NCBI GenBank assembly: GCA_043228905.1
Contig: JBHGNT010000009.1
Coordinates: 11,470,001-11,534,000, forward strand
Direction: 5' to 3'
DNA: 64,000 nt
Source of the DNA: Azolla caroliniana
Lineage: Eukaryota; Plantae; Polypodiophyta
A model generated the notes under the pieces. The model searched no databases, was not told where the DNA came from, and worked only from the letters and a program-made list of their open reading frames with translations. Below are positions 1 through 11,200 of the stretch, one piece after another (the first letter of the stretch is position 1; every line of letters starts with the position of its first letter). The position numbers and the translations under genes were made by a program.

Positions 1-1
1 A

Positions 2-568
2 CCTAATAAATCTACATTCGGAATCCTTCTGGAGGCATATGGTCACACAACATCCTTCAACAAAGGTAGGCGAGTTCATGCTCAAATCAATGGGAATGAA
101 TTGTTTGTATCAACTGCCCTTATTGACATGTATAGCAAGTGTGGAAGTATGGCTGATGCTCAACAAATCTTTGATACAACTCATATAAAGGATTCCCTTA
201 AATGTACTGCATTAATCACAGGTTATGCACGACAAGGAAACACTGAACTCGTCTTTCATATGTTTGAGAAAATGAAAAAGGAAGGAATAAAACCAGATGA
301 GATCACATTTTTAAGTGTTCTCAATGCATGCAGTCATGGAGGTCTGGTCAAAAAAGGTCAAGAGTATTATATGACTATGATAAGAGAACATGGTTTGATT
401 TCAACTATCAAACACCACAGTTGCATGGTTGATCTTCTCTGTCGAGCAGGCCGGCTCAATGAAGCTATAATAATGTTAGAGAAGTTCAAAATCAAGCCTG
501 ACTTGGTTACATGGACTGCTGTACTGAGTGGTTGCCAGAAGTGGGGCAATATAGGTCTCGGTTCTTAA
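2..568 (+). CDS. 3' part of PLS-class pentatricopeptide repeat (PPR) gene, ending early in the E domain; 5' end outside window
   Basis: Frame open from base 2. Motifs ALIDMYSKCGS, PDEITFLSVLNACSHGGLV, HHSCMVDLLCRAGRL and PDLVTWTAVLSGC are typical of the last PLS triplet and E1. Stop follows WGNIGLGS, so it may be truncated or a pseudogene. Confidence 0.85.
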   Translation, partial: PNKSTFGILLEAYGHTTSFNKGRRVHAQINGNELFVSTALIDMYSKCGSMADAQQIFDTTHIKDSLKCTALITGYARQGNTELVFHMFEKMKKEGIKPDEITFLSVLNACSHGGLVKKGQEYYMTMIREHGLISTIKHHSCMVDLLCRAGRLNEAIIMLEKFKIKPDLVTWTAVLSGCQKWGNIGLGS

Positions 569-1221
569 TGTACAGAACTATCAGCAGTTTAGATGGAAAT
601 ACCAGTATTTTATTTGATATCAAGCTTGTGTTCATGCCTCTATGAACGAGGAAGAAAATGTCCTCTCTACAATTTCCACTTTCATCTATAAGCAACCAAT
701 TATATCCTCTGATGGTAGTATATACAGTTCTATCCTGTACAGTTCCCGAGCTACCAAAACCAATCCTTCACAATTCGTTGAGTTCAAGAAGCACATGGTT
801 GCTTTTAATCTACTGCAAAATAAGTGCAGTAAAATCTTGATTGAACTTGACAGCAACAAATATATAATGCGGTTCCATCTATTTTCCTGAGAACCTTATC
901 CCAAGTTGAACGCATAATTATTTTTTAAGTCACTCACTGAAGGTCGGAAATTGATAGCCTTAAACTGAAATTCTTTGATCTCAAGAATATTCCTCTTGGT
1001 TCTTATGTCAGTGATTGGGTCCAACAGGCGTTGGTCCCTAATATTGACTTTGTATTAGTCTTTACAGTCTTGATCTAGTACCTGCCAATAAGCTCCATAT
1101 TAAGCAAGAGTGTTATGCAGAAAATCTTGACGCAGAATTTGGTGCATTACCACATTCTTACATGTTCTGATCAGTTACGAGAATTTAACTTCCAATAACA
1201 GCATGCATTATTAAGAGGTAC

Positions 1222-4158
1222 TTAGAATGAAAAGTTAGCATACATATTTGCCATCATGATAAATGATGTCGGACCTTGTTCATTTAATTGCAAAGAAGAC
1301 TCAAACGCCTGTTCACAGATTTCGATGTCACCGAGTTTTTGACAAGCACCTATTATACTATTCCATGCCACAAGATCTGGTTGATCCAACTTATCTAACA
1401 TCAGCACAGCCTCATCAAGTTGGCCCACACGACCGAGAAGGTCCACAATGCAACCAAGATGTCTAATGGTGGGATTGATGTGAGACTCTGTAATCATAGC
1501 TTCGAAATACATTCGGCCCTTTTCAACGAGGCCAGCATGACTGCATATGAAAAGGATATTTACAAATGTGACTTCATCAGGGTACACACCATTTGCTATC
1601 ATTTCATGAAGACAATTGAAGACACACTCACTCTGCCCTTGATGAGCATATCCTGTGATCAATGCATTCCATTGCACTAGATTCGTTCTTGACATAGCAT
1701 TGAAGACTTCCTGAGCATCTATCATACTACCACATTTCCCATACATGTCGATAAGAATAGTGCATAGAATTTCGTCTCTAGTTTCAAGTCCTCTCTGTGC
1801 ATGTATTTGTGCATGTATTCTCTTCCCAGTTTCTAAAGCTGCAGTCTTGCCACATGCCTGGAGAATATTTGCAAAGGTCATAGAACCTGGCAGATTCCCT
1901 TGCTCTTGCATACATATGTAAAGTAAAAGAGCCTCCTCACTCTCTCCTTGAATGGCATGATATTCAATAATAGTGTTCCATGACATACTGTCTGGCAAGA
2001 CATTCTCTACCTGCATTTGTCCCAGACAATTACTGGCTTCCTCCATATGCCCCTTTTCAGCGTATGCTACCATAAGGGTTGTCCATGAGATGACATCCCG
2101 GCAGGACATATTGTCAAAGACTGCTGAAGTCGCTGCTAACGAACCACATTTCGCATACATACCTATCAAAGCATTGCCAAGGGCGACATCTCTTTCAAAC
2201 CCTTTACTAACAATCTCGGTATGCATTTTATAACCACTATCTAAATCTCCAATGGTGCTACATACTTTGAGGCAACTAATTAGTGTTATAGCACATGAAG
2301 AAATTCCTGCTTCTTCCATTTTCTCCAAACATTTTAATACCATTTCAGTAGCTCCATTTTCGGCATATCCAGCTATTAATGCACTCCATGAGAAGACAGT
2401 ATGTACCGGCAAACTATTTAATACTGCCTCAGCTTCTAAAAATGAACAACACTGGGCATACATATCCACAAGAGCACTGCCAATGATTGTATCCTTCTCA
2501 TACCCTTCTTTGACAAACTGTGAATGTATTTCAAGGCCCCAACTTAATGCATCTACCTGACCAATACCTTTGAGACAACAAATGTATGTGGCAACATTAG
2601 GAGCACATCCTTCTAGTCTCATTTGGCGCAAATAATTTCTCACATCTTCGTGCAAACCAGATTCGGCATACCCTCCAATAAGTGCAGTCCATGAAACTAC
2701 ATCTCGCCTTGGTAGCCTGAAAAAAATCTCATGTGATTCTTCAAGCATATTCCATTTGGCATACATATCCACCAGCATGTTTCCAACAACTTGATCTGTG
2801 CAAAACCCCTTTTTAATAATTTCTTGATGTAGCTCAATACCTGTCTCTATAGCTCCTATGCTACAGCATGCTTTTAGGCAACAAGCATACATAACAGCAT
2901 CTGGGATTATTCCAGAAAGTTGCGCCTCTTCTAGACATTCCATGGCTTTCTCACTGAAGCCATTTTCAACATATCCTCTAATGAGAGAGGTCCAGGAAAC
3001 CAGATCCCTATCCACATGCTCATCTGAAAGTTGTTCAGCTTCCATGAGTGATCCACACTTCAAGTACATATCTATGAGAGTGTTGGTAACAGAAAAACTA
3101 CTTTCGAGTCCCTCCATAATAATATCCGCATGTATTTCTCGGCCTTTACTTAAGGCTCCCAATACACCACAAGCTCTCAAGCAACAAATGAACATAACTG
3201 AATCTGGCATTACATTATCTCCCTGAATTCGGTCCCAACACTTTAGTGCCTCTTCACTCATACCACATTCTACATAGCCTGCCATCATGGCTGTCAATGT
3301 GACCACATCCTGCACCATTAACTGGTCAAACACCCTCTCCGCATCTGTAATAGACCCACATTTGATATACATATACATCATACAATTACTGACAAAAGGA
3401 TCTGTTTCATGCCCTTTTTTCACAACTTCAATGTGTAAGATCCTTCCAGTTTCGATGTCTCTCAAGATTTCACAAGCTTTAAAGAGATACACATATGTGT
3501 GCATACTAGGGTGTACTTGGGCCTCTTGCATTTTCTTGAAATGATCAAGTGCAAGAAGTGGCTCATTGCAATCAACATATCCACGAAGCATATACGTCCA
3601 AGCATGTTCTTTTGGATCAACAATTTTCTCGAAAAGTTGTTGAGCCATGATGACACTCCCACATTCAACAAGAACAGGAACAAGATAGTTGGCGAGAACT
3701 GGATGTGTTTCTAGGCCATGATTGCATAGATCCAAGAAGATGCATCTCGACTTCACCACATCCTTTTTTTGCCTTTGCTCTGTCAAGATGTGGACAATAT
3801 TATCTATGGAAGGGAGGTTTGCATCTTCTTCCTGCTGTGAGGTACATTGATAAATTCTTGTTAATGAATGGCTCTCACTATGACCTTGCATACAAAGTTT
3901 ATATGCATCTTTGTCAAGGCATTCCTCCTCACCAGGCCAAGTATCATATCCATCAGCTCTAGTGAATGCATTGCACCAAAAATGACCTGGCATACATAAT
4001 CTGTGAGCTTTCCTATATAGTTTGTATGCAGCTTTGTCATATCCATTGAATGCATACCACTTGTGATGACTTTCCCTACATGGGTTGCATATATCTTTAT
4101 CATTGCCATGAAAGGCGTTGAATGCAGAAAATTCATGATGAACTTGCATCATATGCAT
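1222..4158 (-). CDS. PLS-class PPR protein with E domain and no DYW domain (978 aa, single exon), putative organellar RNA-editing specificity factor
   Basis: Uninterrupted ORF with repeated P-L-S triplets (LVDMYAKCG, DVVSWTALIGGYAE, PD..Y.CCLKAC). C-terminus CSHAGLVEKG...CIVDLLGRVG...WNSIIGAC...SFIMMANMYA. Exact start codon uncertain. Confidence 0.93.
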   Translation of the reverse strand: MHMMQVHHEFSAFNAFHGNDKDICNPCRESHHKWYAFNGYDKAAYKLYRKAHRLCMPGHFWCNAFTRADGYDTWPGEEECLDKDAYKLCMQGHSESHSLTRIYQCTSQQEEDANLPSIDNIVHILTEQRQKKDVVKSRCIFLDLCNHGLETHPVLANYLVPVLVECGSVIMAQQLFEKIVDPKEHAWTYMLRGYVDCNEPLLALDHFKKMQEAQVHPSMHTYVYLFKACEILRDIETGRILHIEVVKKGHETDPFVSNCMMYMYIKCGSITDAERVFDQLMVQDVVTLTAMMAGYVECGMSEEALKCWDRIQGDNVMPDSVMFICCLRACGVLGALSKGREIHADIIMEGLESSFSVTNTLIDMYLKCGSLMEAEQLSDEHVDRDLVSWTSLIRGYVENGFSEKAMECLEEAQLSGIIPDAVMYACCLKACCSIGAIETGIELHQEIIKKGFCTDQVVGNMLVDMYAKWNMLEESHEIFFRLPRRDVVSWTALIGGYAESGLHEDVRNYLRQMRLEGCAPNVATYICCLKGIGQVDALSWGLEIHSQFVKEGYEKDTIIGSALVDMYAQCCSFLEAEAVLNSLPVHTVFSWSALIAGYAENGATEMVLKCLEKMEEAGISSCAITLISCLKVCSTIGDLDSGYKMHTEIVSKGFERDVALGNALIGMYAKCGSLAATSAVFDNMSCRDVISWTTLMVAYAEKGHMEEASNCLGQMQVENVLPDSMSWNTIIEYHAIQGESEEALLLYICMQEQGNLPGSMTFANILQACGKTAALETGKRIHAQIHAQRGLETRDEILCTILIDMYGKCGSMIDAQEVFNAMSRTNLVQWNALITGYAHQGQSECVFNCLHEMIANGVYPDEVTFVNILFICSHAGLVEKGRMYFEAMITESHINPTIRHLGCIVDLLGRVGQLDEAVLMLDKLDQPDLVAWNSIIGACQKLGDIEICEQAFESSLQLNEQGPTSFIMMANMYANFSF

Positions 4159-4517
4159 CTTTTCCAGCTAAAGATATAGCCTTGGAGCCCAAAACTTGCG
4201 TGACTGCACCAAAGGCATTCTGATCCTACGATCCTACAAGAGATTAGAGGACCATGGAAAACACAGAGGAAGGATTTACCTGCTGTCATTTGCATATTTT
4301 CATGGCAATAGTCAAATGATGAGCATGACGATGGCCATGGATGAGCTTCCTAAGCATTCTTCGTTTTTGAGTAAGCCCTTTTGAACGATGATCAGCAGCA
4401 GCAGCTATTTTCTTTTATTTTAGTTTTGATGATTGGATAAACACTCATTTTTGTTGTAACCCAATTGTCTCATGGGCCAAATTTGGCCTTAGAAGACGAT
4501 AATATATCTTTCTTTCT

Positions 4518-4519
<2 letters not shown>

Positions 4520-4554
<35 letters not shown>
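4520..4554. repeat. (CT)n/(AG)n microsatellite at the 3' end of the LINE
   Basis: Direct read of ~17 CT units. Confidence 0.95.
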
Positions 4555-4557
<3 letters not shown>

Positions 4558-5358
4558 GTGAAAACACACAATTATATTAATAAATATGTGTAAAAAACAC
4601 TACTTACTTAGTTACAATGAGACCGTGTGACAATAATGAAATATGGTCACCCACTAACTACACTACACTACATGGATACTAGAACTTGCCAATAGGCAAT
4701 ACGAACACTCCATTGAGGAAATAATTTCCTCTTGCTGCAATAAAGAAAATTGTCACATTAGTACTCCCTTCAACTTTCACAGATATATGCTTTCACTCCA
4801 TGCCTACCATCGAATACAAAAGCATTGTGCATATTCCAACTATGACGTAATCCCCAATATCTTAGAAATAGAAAAACGATCTCCATCTCTGATTTTGGGT
4901 CAACCTGTGTAAATTGTGCAAATACCCACTGTCTAAGTGTCCAAAAACACCGTGATAAGACTTGCCAAATTTGAGAAATGTAACTCCAAATCCGACAAGC
5001 AATCAGACATTGTATAAATAGATGAGTACTATCTTCCATTTGAACAGTGCAAAAAAAGCAATTACCCGTTGCTAGTCCACAACGCTTTAGAGCTAATCCC
5101 AAAGGAAATCCTCCAATCAAAACTCTCCAAATGAAGACCTTTGCTACAAGTGGCAATTTAGAATGCCAACTACGTTGTAAGGTCTACCACTACCCATGAT
5201 CGGATTTGTGTATTCTCCATTCTTCTTCAGCCTTAGATAATAACTATCCAAGAGATTCAACAGAGCAATGATACAAAAGATTAGTAGTTACTTGTAACAA
5301 CAACATTTGACCCTTTAAATACCAATCAATCCACGATTGTTCTCCTGCTTGTAGAGGT
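4555..5358 (-). mobile_element. LINE (L1-like) 3' portion: zf-RVT domain and 3' UTR, degraded
   Basis: KVFIWRVLIGGFP...CFFCTVQMEDSTHLFIQC...W matches the plant LINE zf-RVT CCHC motif. The frame continues from the LINE segment at 52390. Confidence 0.85.
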
Positions 5359-5791
5359 TGTTGAGCGGATAAGCTCAACTGGATCCGGATCGGAGTCCGG
5401 AACGCAAAACCGAATCAATGTCCGGATGGGATCTAGAACTAGGAACTAGATCAGAGAGAAAGACTAGATTGTACCTGGTAGGCTGTTAGAGGCCAACGAA
5501 TCTAGCCTAATACATAGGCAGATTCCTTGGAGTCATTGTTAGTCGCTTGTATGAGCATTGAAGTACATGTCAGTACTTCTGTCAATACTTTCATGGACTT
5601 GTATAAAAGTGCTCACTGAGCACATTGTATGTACAGAGTGCTATTATTTTGAATCAAGTTTATGCTTTATGCTCTCTTTGTCTCGCTTGTGTATTCTCTG
5701 TTCCTAAGCTTCCATTAAACTTTTATTCTCTATTTTCTGTTGCTATTTGGATAAACCGGTTTGTCAAAGCTTCCTCATATTAACTTTGACA
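5359..5791 (+). repeat. 5' LTR of Copia A
   Basis: TGTTGAGC...TTTGACA, TATAAAA box near 5602, followed directly by the PBS. Confidence 0.9.
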
Positions 5792-5803
5792 TGGTATCAG
5801 AGC
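5792..5803 (+). promoter_or_regulatory. PBS (tRNA-iMet) of Copia A
   Basis: TGGTATCAGAGC immediately after the LTR. Confidence 0.92.
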
Positions 5804-6545
5804 GCAAGGGTTGAGAACCTCCGTAGCCGATGGGCGATTACTGAAGACAAACCTTAACACTTGGTAAAGAGCGAAAGATGGATAGAGGTATGGCAAGCTT
5901 GCTTCCGATAGAGAAGCTTGACAGATACAACTGTGCATTCTAGTCATACAAGATGCACCAATATTTGCTCGGAAATGGATACTGGAGTTATGTTGAGGGT
6001 GCGAATGAAATAACGTCGGAGTCGTCACAAAAGGAGTTCCCGACATGGGAACAAGGAGCAAGCAGAGTTCTATACTACCTTGCGTCCTTTGTGCACGACC
6101 AAATGATCGGCTACATTAGAGATGCTAAGATGTCGAAACAGGCCTAGGAAAATCTAAAAAGATTTTTGCCGCAAGTACGTCAGCCTGCAGCTACAACTTC
6201 GGCAAGAACTAAACAATATCCGACAAAAGGATATGTTAGTTTCATACTACACCACGAAGATAAAGGAGATTTACGATGCATTAGGGTCCATTGAGGTCAC
6301 GATAGACGAGGACGAAATGGTGTAAATCTACCTCGATGGTCTTGCTCAAAGGTACAGGCCCATCTAGACCGCTAGCCTCACCTAGAGGAAACCACCATCC
6401 TTCTTCGACCGACAATCGATGCTCATGGTTGAAGAAAACCACGTGAGTGGGTCAAGGAGCACTCAATCAGACAACCAGATGTTGTACAAGGAGGCAGATC
6501 GGCCCTTGTGGGTGTGGAGGACGAGGTGGATCGACACGCAATGCA

Positions 6546-7291
6546 TGTTGGGAGACAAGTCCCTCCGGATGGGAAGAGAAAAGAACGGTGCTGATGAACA
6601 AACTCGGCCAAGGCCGATAGGCCGAGGCCGAAACCGTATGAGGAGTACCCAGCTACGGAGAGCCGGATGAGGAGTACCCGGCTACGGAGAGCCGGATGAT
6701 GCAGACCCGGTGAAGACCGGATGAGGAGTACCCGACTACGGAGAGCCGGATGATGCAGACCCGGTGAGGACCGGATGAGGAGTACCCAGCTACGGAGAGC
6801 CGGATGGCGCAGACCTGGTGAGGAATGCTCTCCGAATGAAGAGACATATTCGTAAATATGTTTCTGAAGAGCCCACCGTGGCTATATTTGTAAATAGCCG
6901 AAAAGTCATATTAGTATAAATATGACTTAGGGAAAACTTTTAGTTGTAGTTGTCATTTTGTTGGTGCAAGAAGAAGAGAGAGCACGCAACAGTGTACAGA
7001 GAGAGAGAGAGAGAGAAAGAGGTCTCTGCCTCTGTTGTAACCGCCGCCTGTGGCGAAGATCTGTGAGCATGAGGTCGGTGCCTCAGTGAACTCACTGTTG
7101 TATATTCTTACATAGTGACAGTTTGCAACCTGTGGGTTGCGGTGGTTTTTCCCCTAGTTTGGGGTTTTCCACGTAAACCTCATGTGTATTTTCCTCTTCT
7201 TTGTGTCGCGTTTTATTTCCCGTTTTCTGTGTATCATTCTAAGCTAGGTTGTGGCCGAGCGTTGCGCATAAGGAACGACCAGTTCCCGTCA
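6546..7291 (+). mobile_element. Solo LTR with internal 29/25-bp tandem repeats, inserted in gag of A
   Basis: TG...CA ends and perfect 5-bp TSD ATGCA (6541-6545, 7292-7296). Host gag rejoins and aligns with gag of B. Confidence 0.92.
6638..6827 (+). repeat. U3 tandem repeat array, pattern A-A-B-A-B-A-B (A 29 bp, B 25 bp)
   Basis: A=ATGAGGAGTACCCRRCTACGGAGAGCCGG, B=ATGATGCAGACCCGGTGARGACCGG. Confidence 0.9.
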
Positions 7292-8232
7292 ATGCAGGCG
7301 GGTGACAAGAGCAAAACCGGAGGCACAGAGATAGTGTCGATAGCAGTTCCAGACCCTCCACTAGCAAGGGGAGTCATGGCGGCGCCGAAAACCGGTAAGG
7401 GAAAACCGACATGGAATACTGGTACTATGGCAAGAAAGGCCACCGGTAAAGCGAGTGTTGGAAGAAGCGTGCCGATTCGGATAAATCTGGATCCAGCAAG
7501 GTCACACTACGTTGAAGGATTTGAAGGATCCGGAACCGGTAAGACCAAAAAAGGGCCAGCCTTTGTGATGAAGCACAAGGCGAACTCGATGAAGAAGATC
7601 ACTTCCAAATTGGAGGAAGTGTGGTATGTTGATTTTGGAGCGTCTAACCACATGACAAGCCACGAAGAGTGGTTCTCGTATCTGGAAAAGCCGGAGCAAC
7701 CGGGAGTTGTCGAAATTGGAAACTATTGGGGACAAGGCCATCAATGCGGAAGTGCAAGTAACATTTGTGATGAAGAAGAACCTGTGTATGCATGATTAAG
7801 ATAGACACAGAGGGAGAGAGAGAGAGAGAGAGAGAGGCACAAAAGGAACCGTTATATTCTAATAGCAACAGTTACAAAAATAACAACCAACCTTTACTAA
7901 AGGTTACAAAATCACTTTATATAGTGACTATACTAGGGCAACTGACCTTTATGCTATTTACAGAAATGACCTGAACTTGGGCTGTCGAAAGGGACAATGT
8001 GAATATGGCCATTATACACTAGTATTCAACACTCCCCCGTAATGGGCGTATACATGGGTTATCTAAAGAATTACAGGTATATATATACAAGGTTTATCGG
8101 ACATATCGGTTTTGTAAGAGTCGGCAAGATCCGAAGGCAGAGGACCGAACCAGTCGGGTCGGAAGAGCTGAAGCCGATGCTCAGAGAACCGATGTCGGTG
8201 GTCCGAAACCATCTTGTGCTGTGTGTCCGACT

Positions 8233-11200
8233 TTAATCGGACCGATTTTTCATTACGTCCATCTGGTGCAGAAGGGACCGGAAACGATCCGCTGAAAGAC
8301 ACTTGGTCATTTCATCTACGACATTATCGATTGTGGATATCTTCTCGAGACCGATTTTCCTTGAAATAACGCAGTCCTGATATCGAATGTCAATATGCTT
8401 AGAGGCGTTGTGGTGAACCGGATTTTTTGACAAGGCAACAACACTTTGACTGTCGCTGTAGACAACTAGAGCCGAGTCGGAGTCGACCTGTCGAAACGTG
8501 TGCGCCAGCCGACCGAGCCATAAAGCTTCTTTTGCCGCGTCGGATGTAGCTACATATTCCGCTTCGGTCGTTGAGGTGGCTGTGCACTCCTAAAGTTTTG
8601 ACTTCCACGAGATTGCTCCATTGCCGAATTTGAAACAGTATCCAGTTGTTGATTTTCGACTGTCCACACAACTGGTGAAGTCCGAGTCGGTGTAACCGAC
8701 TACGCCCGAGGTTGAGTTCGGGCCGAAAAGAATGCCGTGGTCTTTTGTGCCAGCTAGATATCTGAACACATGCTTGACTACATTCCAGTGTGATCGGCCA
8801 GGGTTGTGCATGAATCTGCTGACGACTCCTACGGCGTGAGAAATATCAGGCCGTGTCGCGACCATCGCGTACATAAGGGAGCCGACTACCAGTGCATACG
8901 ATACCGACTTCATATCTTCCCCCTCCGGACCGGATGTCCGACAGTCTCGCTAAGACAGCCGAAGGTGAATGGGGAGCGGGGTCGGAGCAGACTTGGCTGA
9001 TTGCATGTTGAAGCGTTCTAAGACACGTCTGATGTAGTCGGTTTGAGACAAGAAAAGTTGTCGTGTATTCCGATACCAACTAATCTTCATACCAAGTATG
9101 TGTCTTGCCGGACCGAGGTCCTTCATGGCAAACTTCAACCGCAGTTGCCGAACGAGTTCGGTGAGCTCTCCGGCATGCCGATCGGAGAGTAGCATGTCGT
9201 CCACGTAGATGATGAGGAAGACGGGAGACCCGTCTTGAGTTGTTTTGGTAAAGAGACAATGGTCCTCATTGCTCTTTGAGAAGCCGACCAACTGGATGAA
9301 GTCGTCGAACTTCTTGTACCACTGCCCAGGTGCCTCTTTCAGGCCGTATAAACTCTTCTTGAGTCGGTAGACTAGATGTTCCTGGCCGAATACCACAAAG
9401 CCTTTCGGCTGCTCCATATAGATTTCCTCATGTAGGTCTCCGTGGAGGAATGCCGTTTTTACATCTAGCTGAATCAGCTCCAAGTTTTCGGCGGCCACGA
9501 CACTAATTTGGCCTTGTACTTTGGGGTGGTCGAGTCAGACGTCTCTTTTAGTTGATAGACCCACTTACATGGAAGAGCACGTCGATTCTTCGGTAATTCG
9601 ACCAAGTCCCAAGTCTTGTTTGCCTGAATGGAGTGCATCTCCGACTCCATCGCTAGATGCCATGTGGCTGAATCGACAGATGTTGATGCTTCTTCGTAAG
9701 ACGTCGGTTCGCCGGCGTCGGTAAAGAAAATTCCGGGAGAGTACCTCTCCGGAGGTTGCGACAGTCTCTTGGATCTACGAGGTATGAGTGGACTGATCGC
9801 ACCGGGTGTCGATGTCAGATGGTCGGGAGCCGAGCCATTCGGCTGTGCCGAATCAGTGGATTCGGTGCGAGGGTTGTCGGTTACCTGTGAAACCAATCTC
9901 GTGTTGTGGGCTGGGCCGTCATGAAGGGTTGGCACTTAGGAAAATATTACCCTTCGGACTTCAATAGGCCTTTCGGCCGTTTTATGCATAGTTGTCTCGT
10001 TGAACACGACGTCCGAATTTCAGACGATTTGTCTGTGCTCGGGGTCCCAGAGTTGGTATCTGATCTTGCTGTCGGGTCCATATCCAAGAAAAACACATTT
10101 CCGTGACCTTGGTTCGAGTTTATGGCGGTCTTCTTTCGGTATGAGAGCATATGCCTCGCAACCGAAGATCCTCAGTTTGTCATAATTCGGCTTATTGCCA
10201 GTCCATATTTCCTGAGGTATTTGAAGTCCTAGAGGTCTACTTGGCGACATATTTATTATGTGTATTGCCGTAAGTAGAGCCTCCGCCCAGAAGCCATCCG
10301 ACAGTCCGGAGTGTTGGAGCATGGATACTACGCATTCTTGAATCATCCGATTCATGCGTTCAGCAATTCTGTTCTACTCCGGACTATAGGGTGCCGTATA
10401 TTCACGTCGAATGCCGCATTCTCGGTAGAAGTTGATGAATTCTTTAGACTTGAATTCTCCTCCATTGTCGGTTCGGAGACAGTTTAGTTTCCGACCGGTC
10501 TGATTTTTGACCATTGCAAGCCATTCGGAGAAGATCGAGAACACCCGATCGTTGGTTCAGATGGGATAAGCCCACACCTTCCGAGTCGAGTCGTCAATGA
10601 AACTGACGAAGTACGAAGCATCGCCGAGAGACTGATGTGGCATTGGGTCACAGACGTTCGAGTGGACCAAATCGAGGGGACTCCATTCTCTTGGTGTTGA
10701 TGTCGGATGTGATGCGGCTACCTGTTTGCCGTAATGACAATGCTCGCAGAATTGGTGATCCGAGAAGGAGAGCTTGGGGATGTAGTCGACTCTGGATAGG
10801 TGCGTTATGCCGGCCTTGCTGAGGTGTCCAAGTCATTCGTGCCATAACGATGACATGGGGATATCAACCAAAAATAAGTCACCCTCTTTGAGTGTGACAT
10901 ATAAAGGGTACAAAGAGTGTACCTTCGGTCCTCGAGCAAGCAGGAGGTTCGCTTTGTGGAGTGTCCACCCTCCTCATGAGAATCCAGCACGGATGCCGGC
11001 TTCATCAAGTTGTCTGACTGAGATCAAGGGTCTTGAAAGCTCAGGAACGTGTCGAACGTTGTGTAGTACGAGTGTAGAGCCTCCCAGAAGATTGAGCTCT
11101 ACGGTGCCGATTCCGATTATAGCACAGTGCTGGGAGTTTCCGACTCGAACTGAGTCAGAGTGCCAGTCCGAGTATTGCCAAAACTGAGATCGGTGAGGTG

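Noticed and set aside
642-890. 82-aa ORF between the PPR genes
   Set aside because: No motif; likely 3' UTR
6638-6827. CRISPR-like regular repeats (also 63841-64000)
   Set aside because: Head-to-tail units without unique spacers, inside LTRs, eukaryotic context, no cas genes
7115-7795. 226-aa ORF as a host gene
   Set aside because: Chimera of solo LTR, Copia A gag/protease and the C LTR
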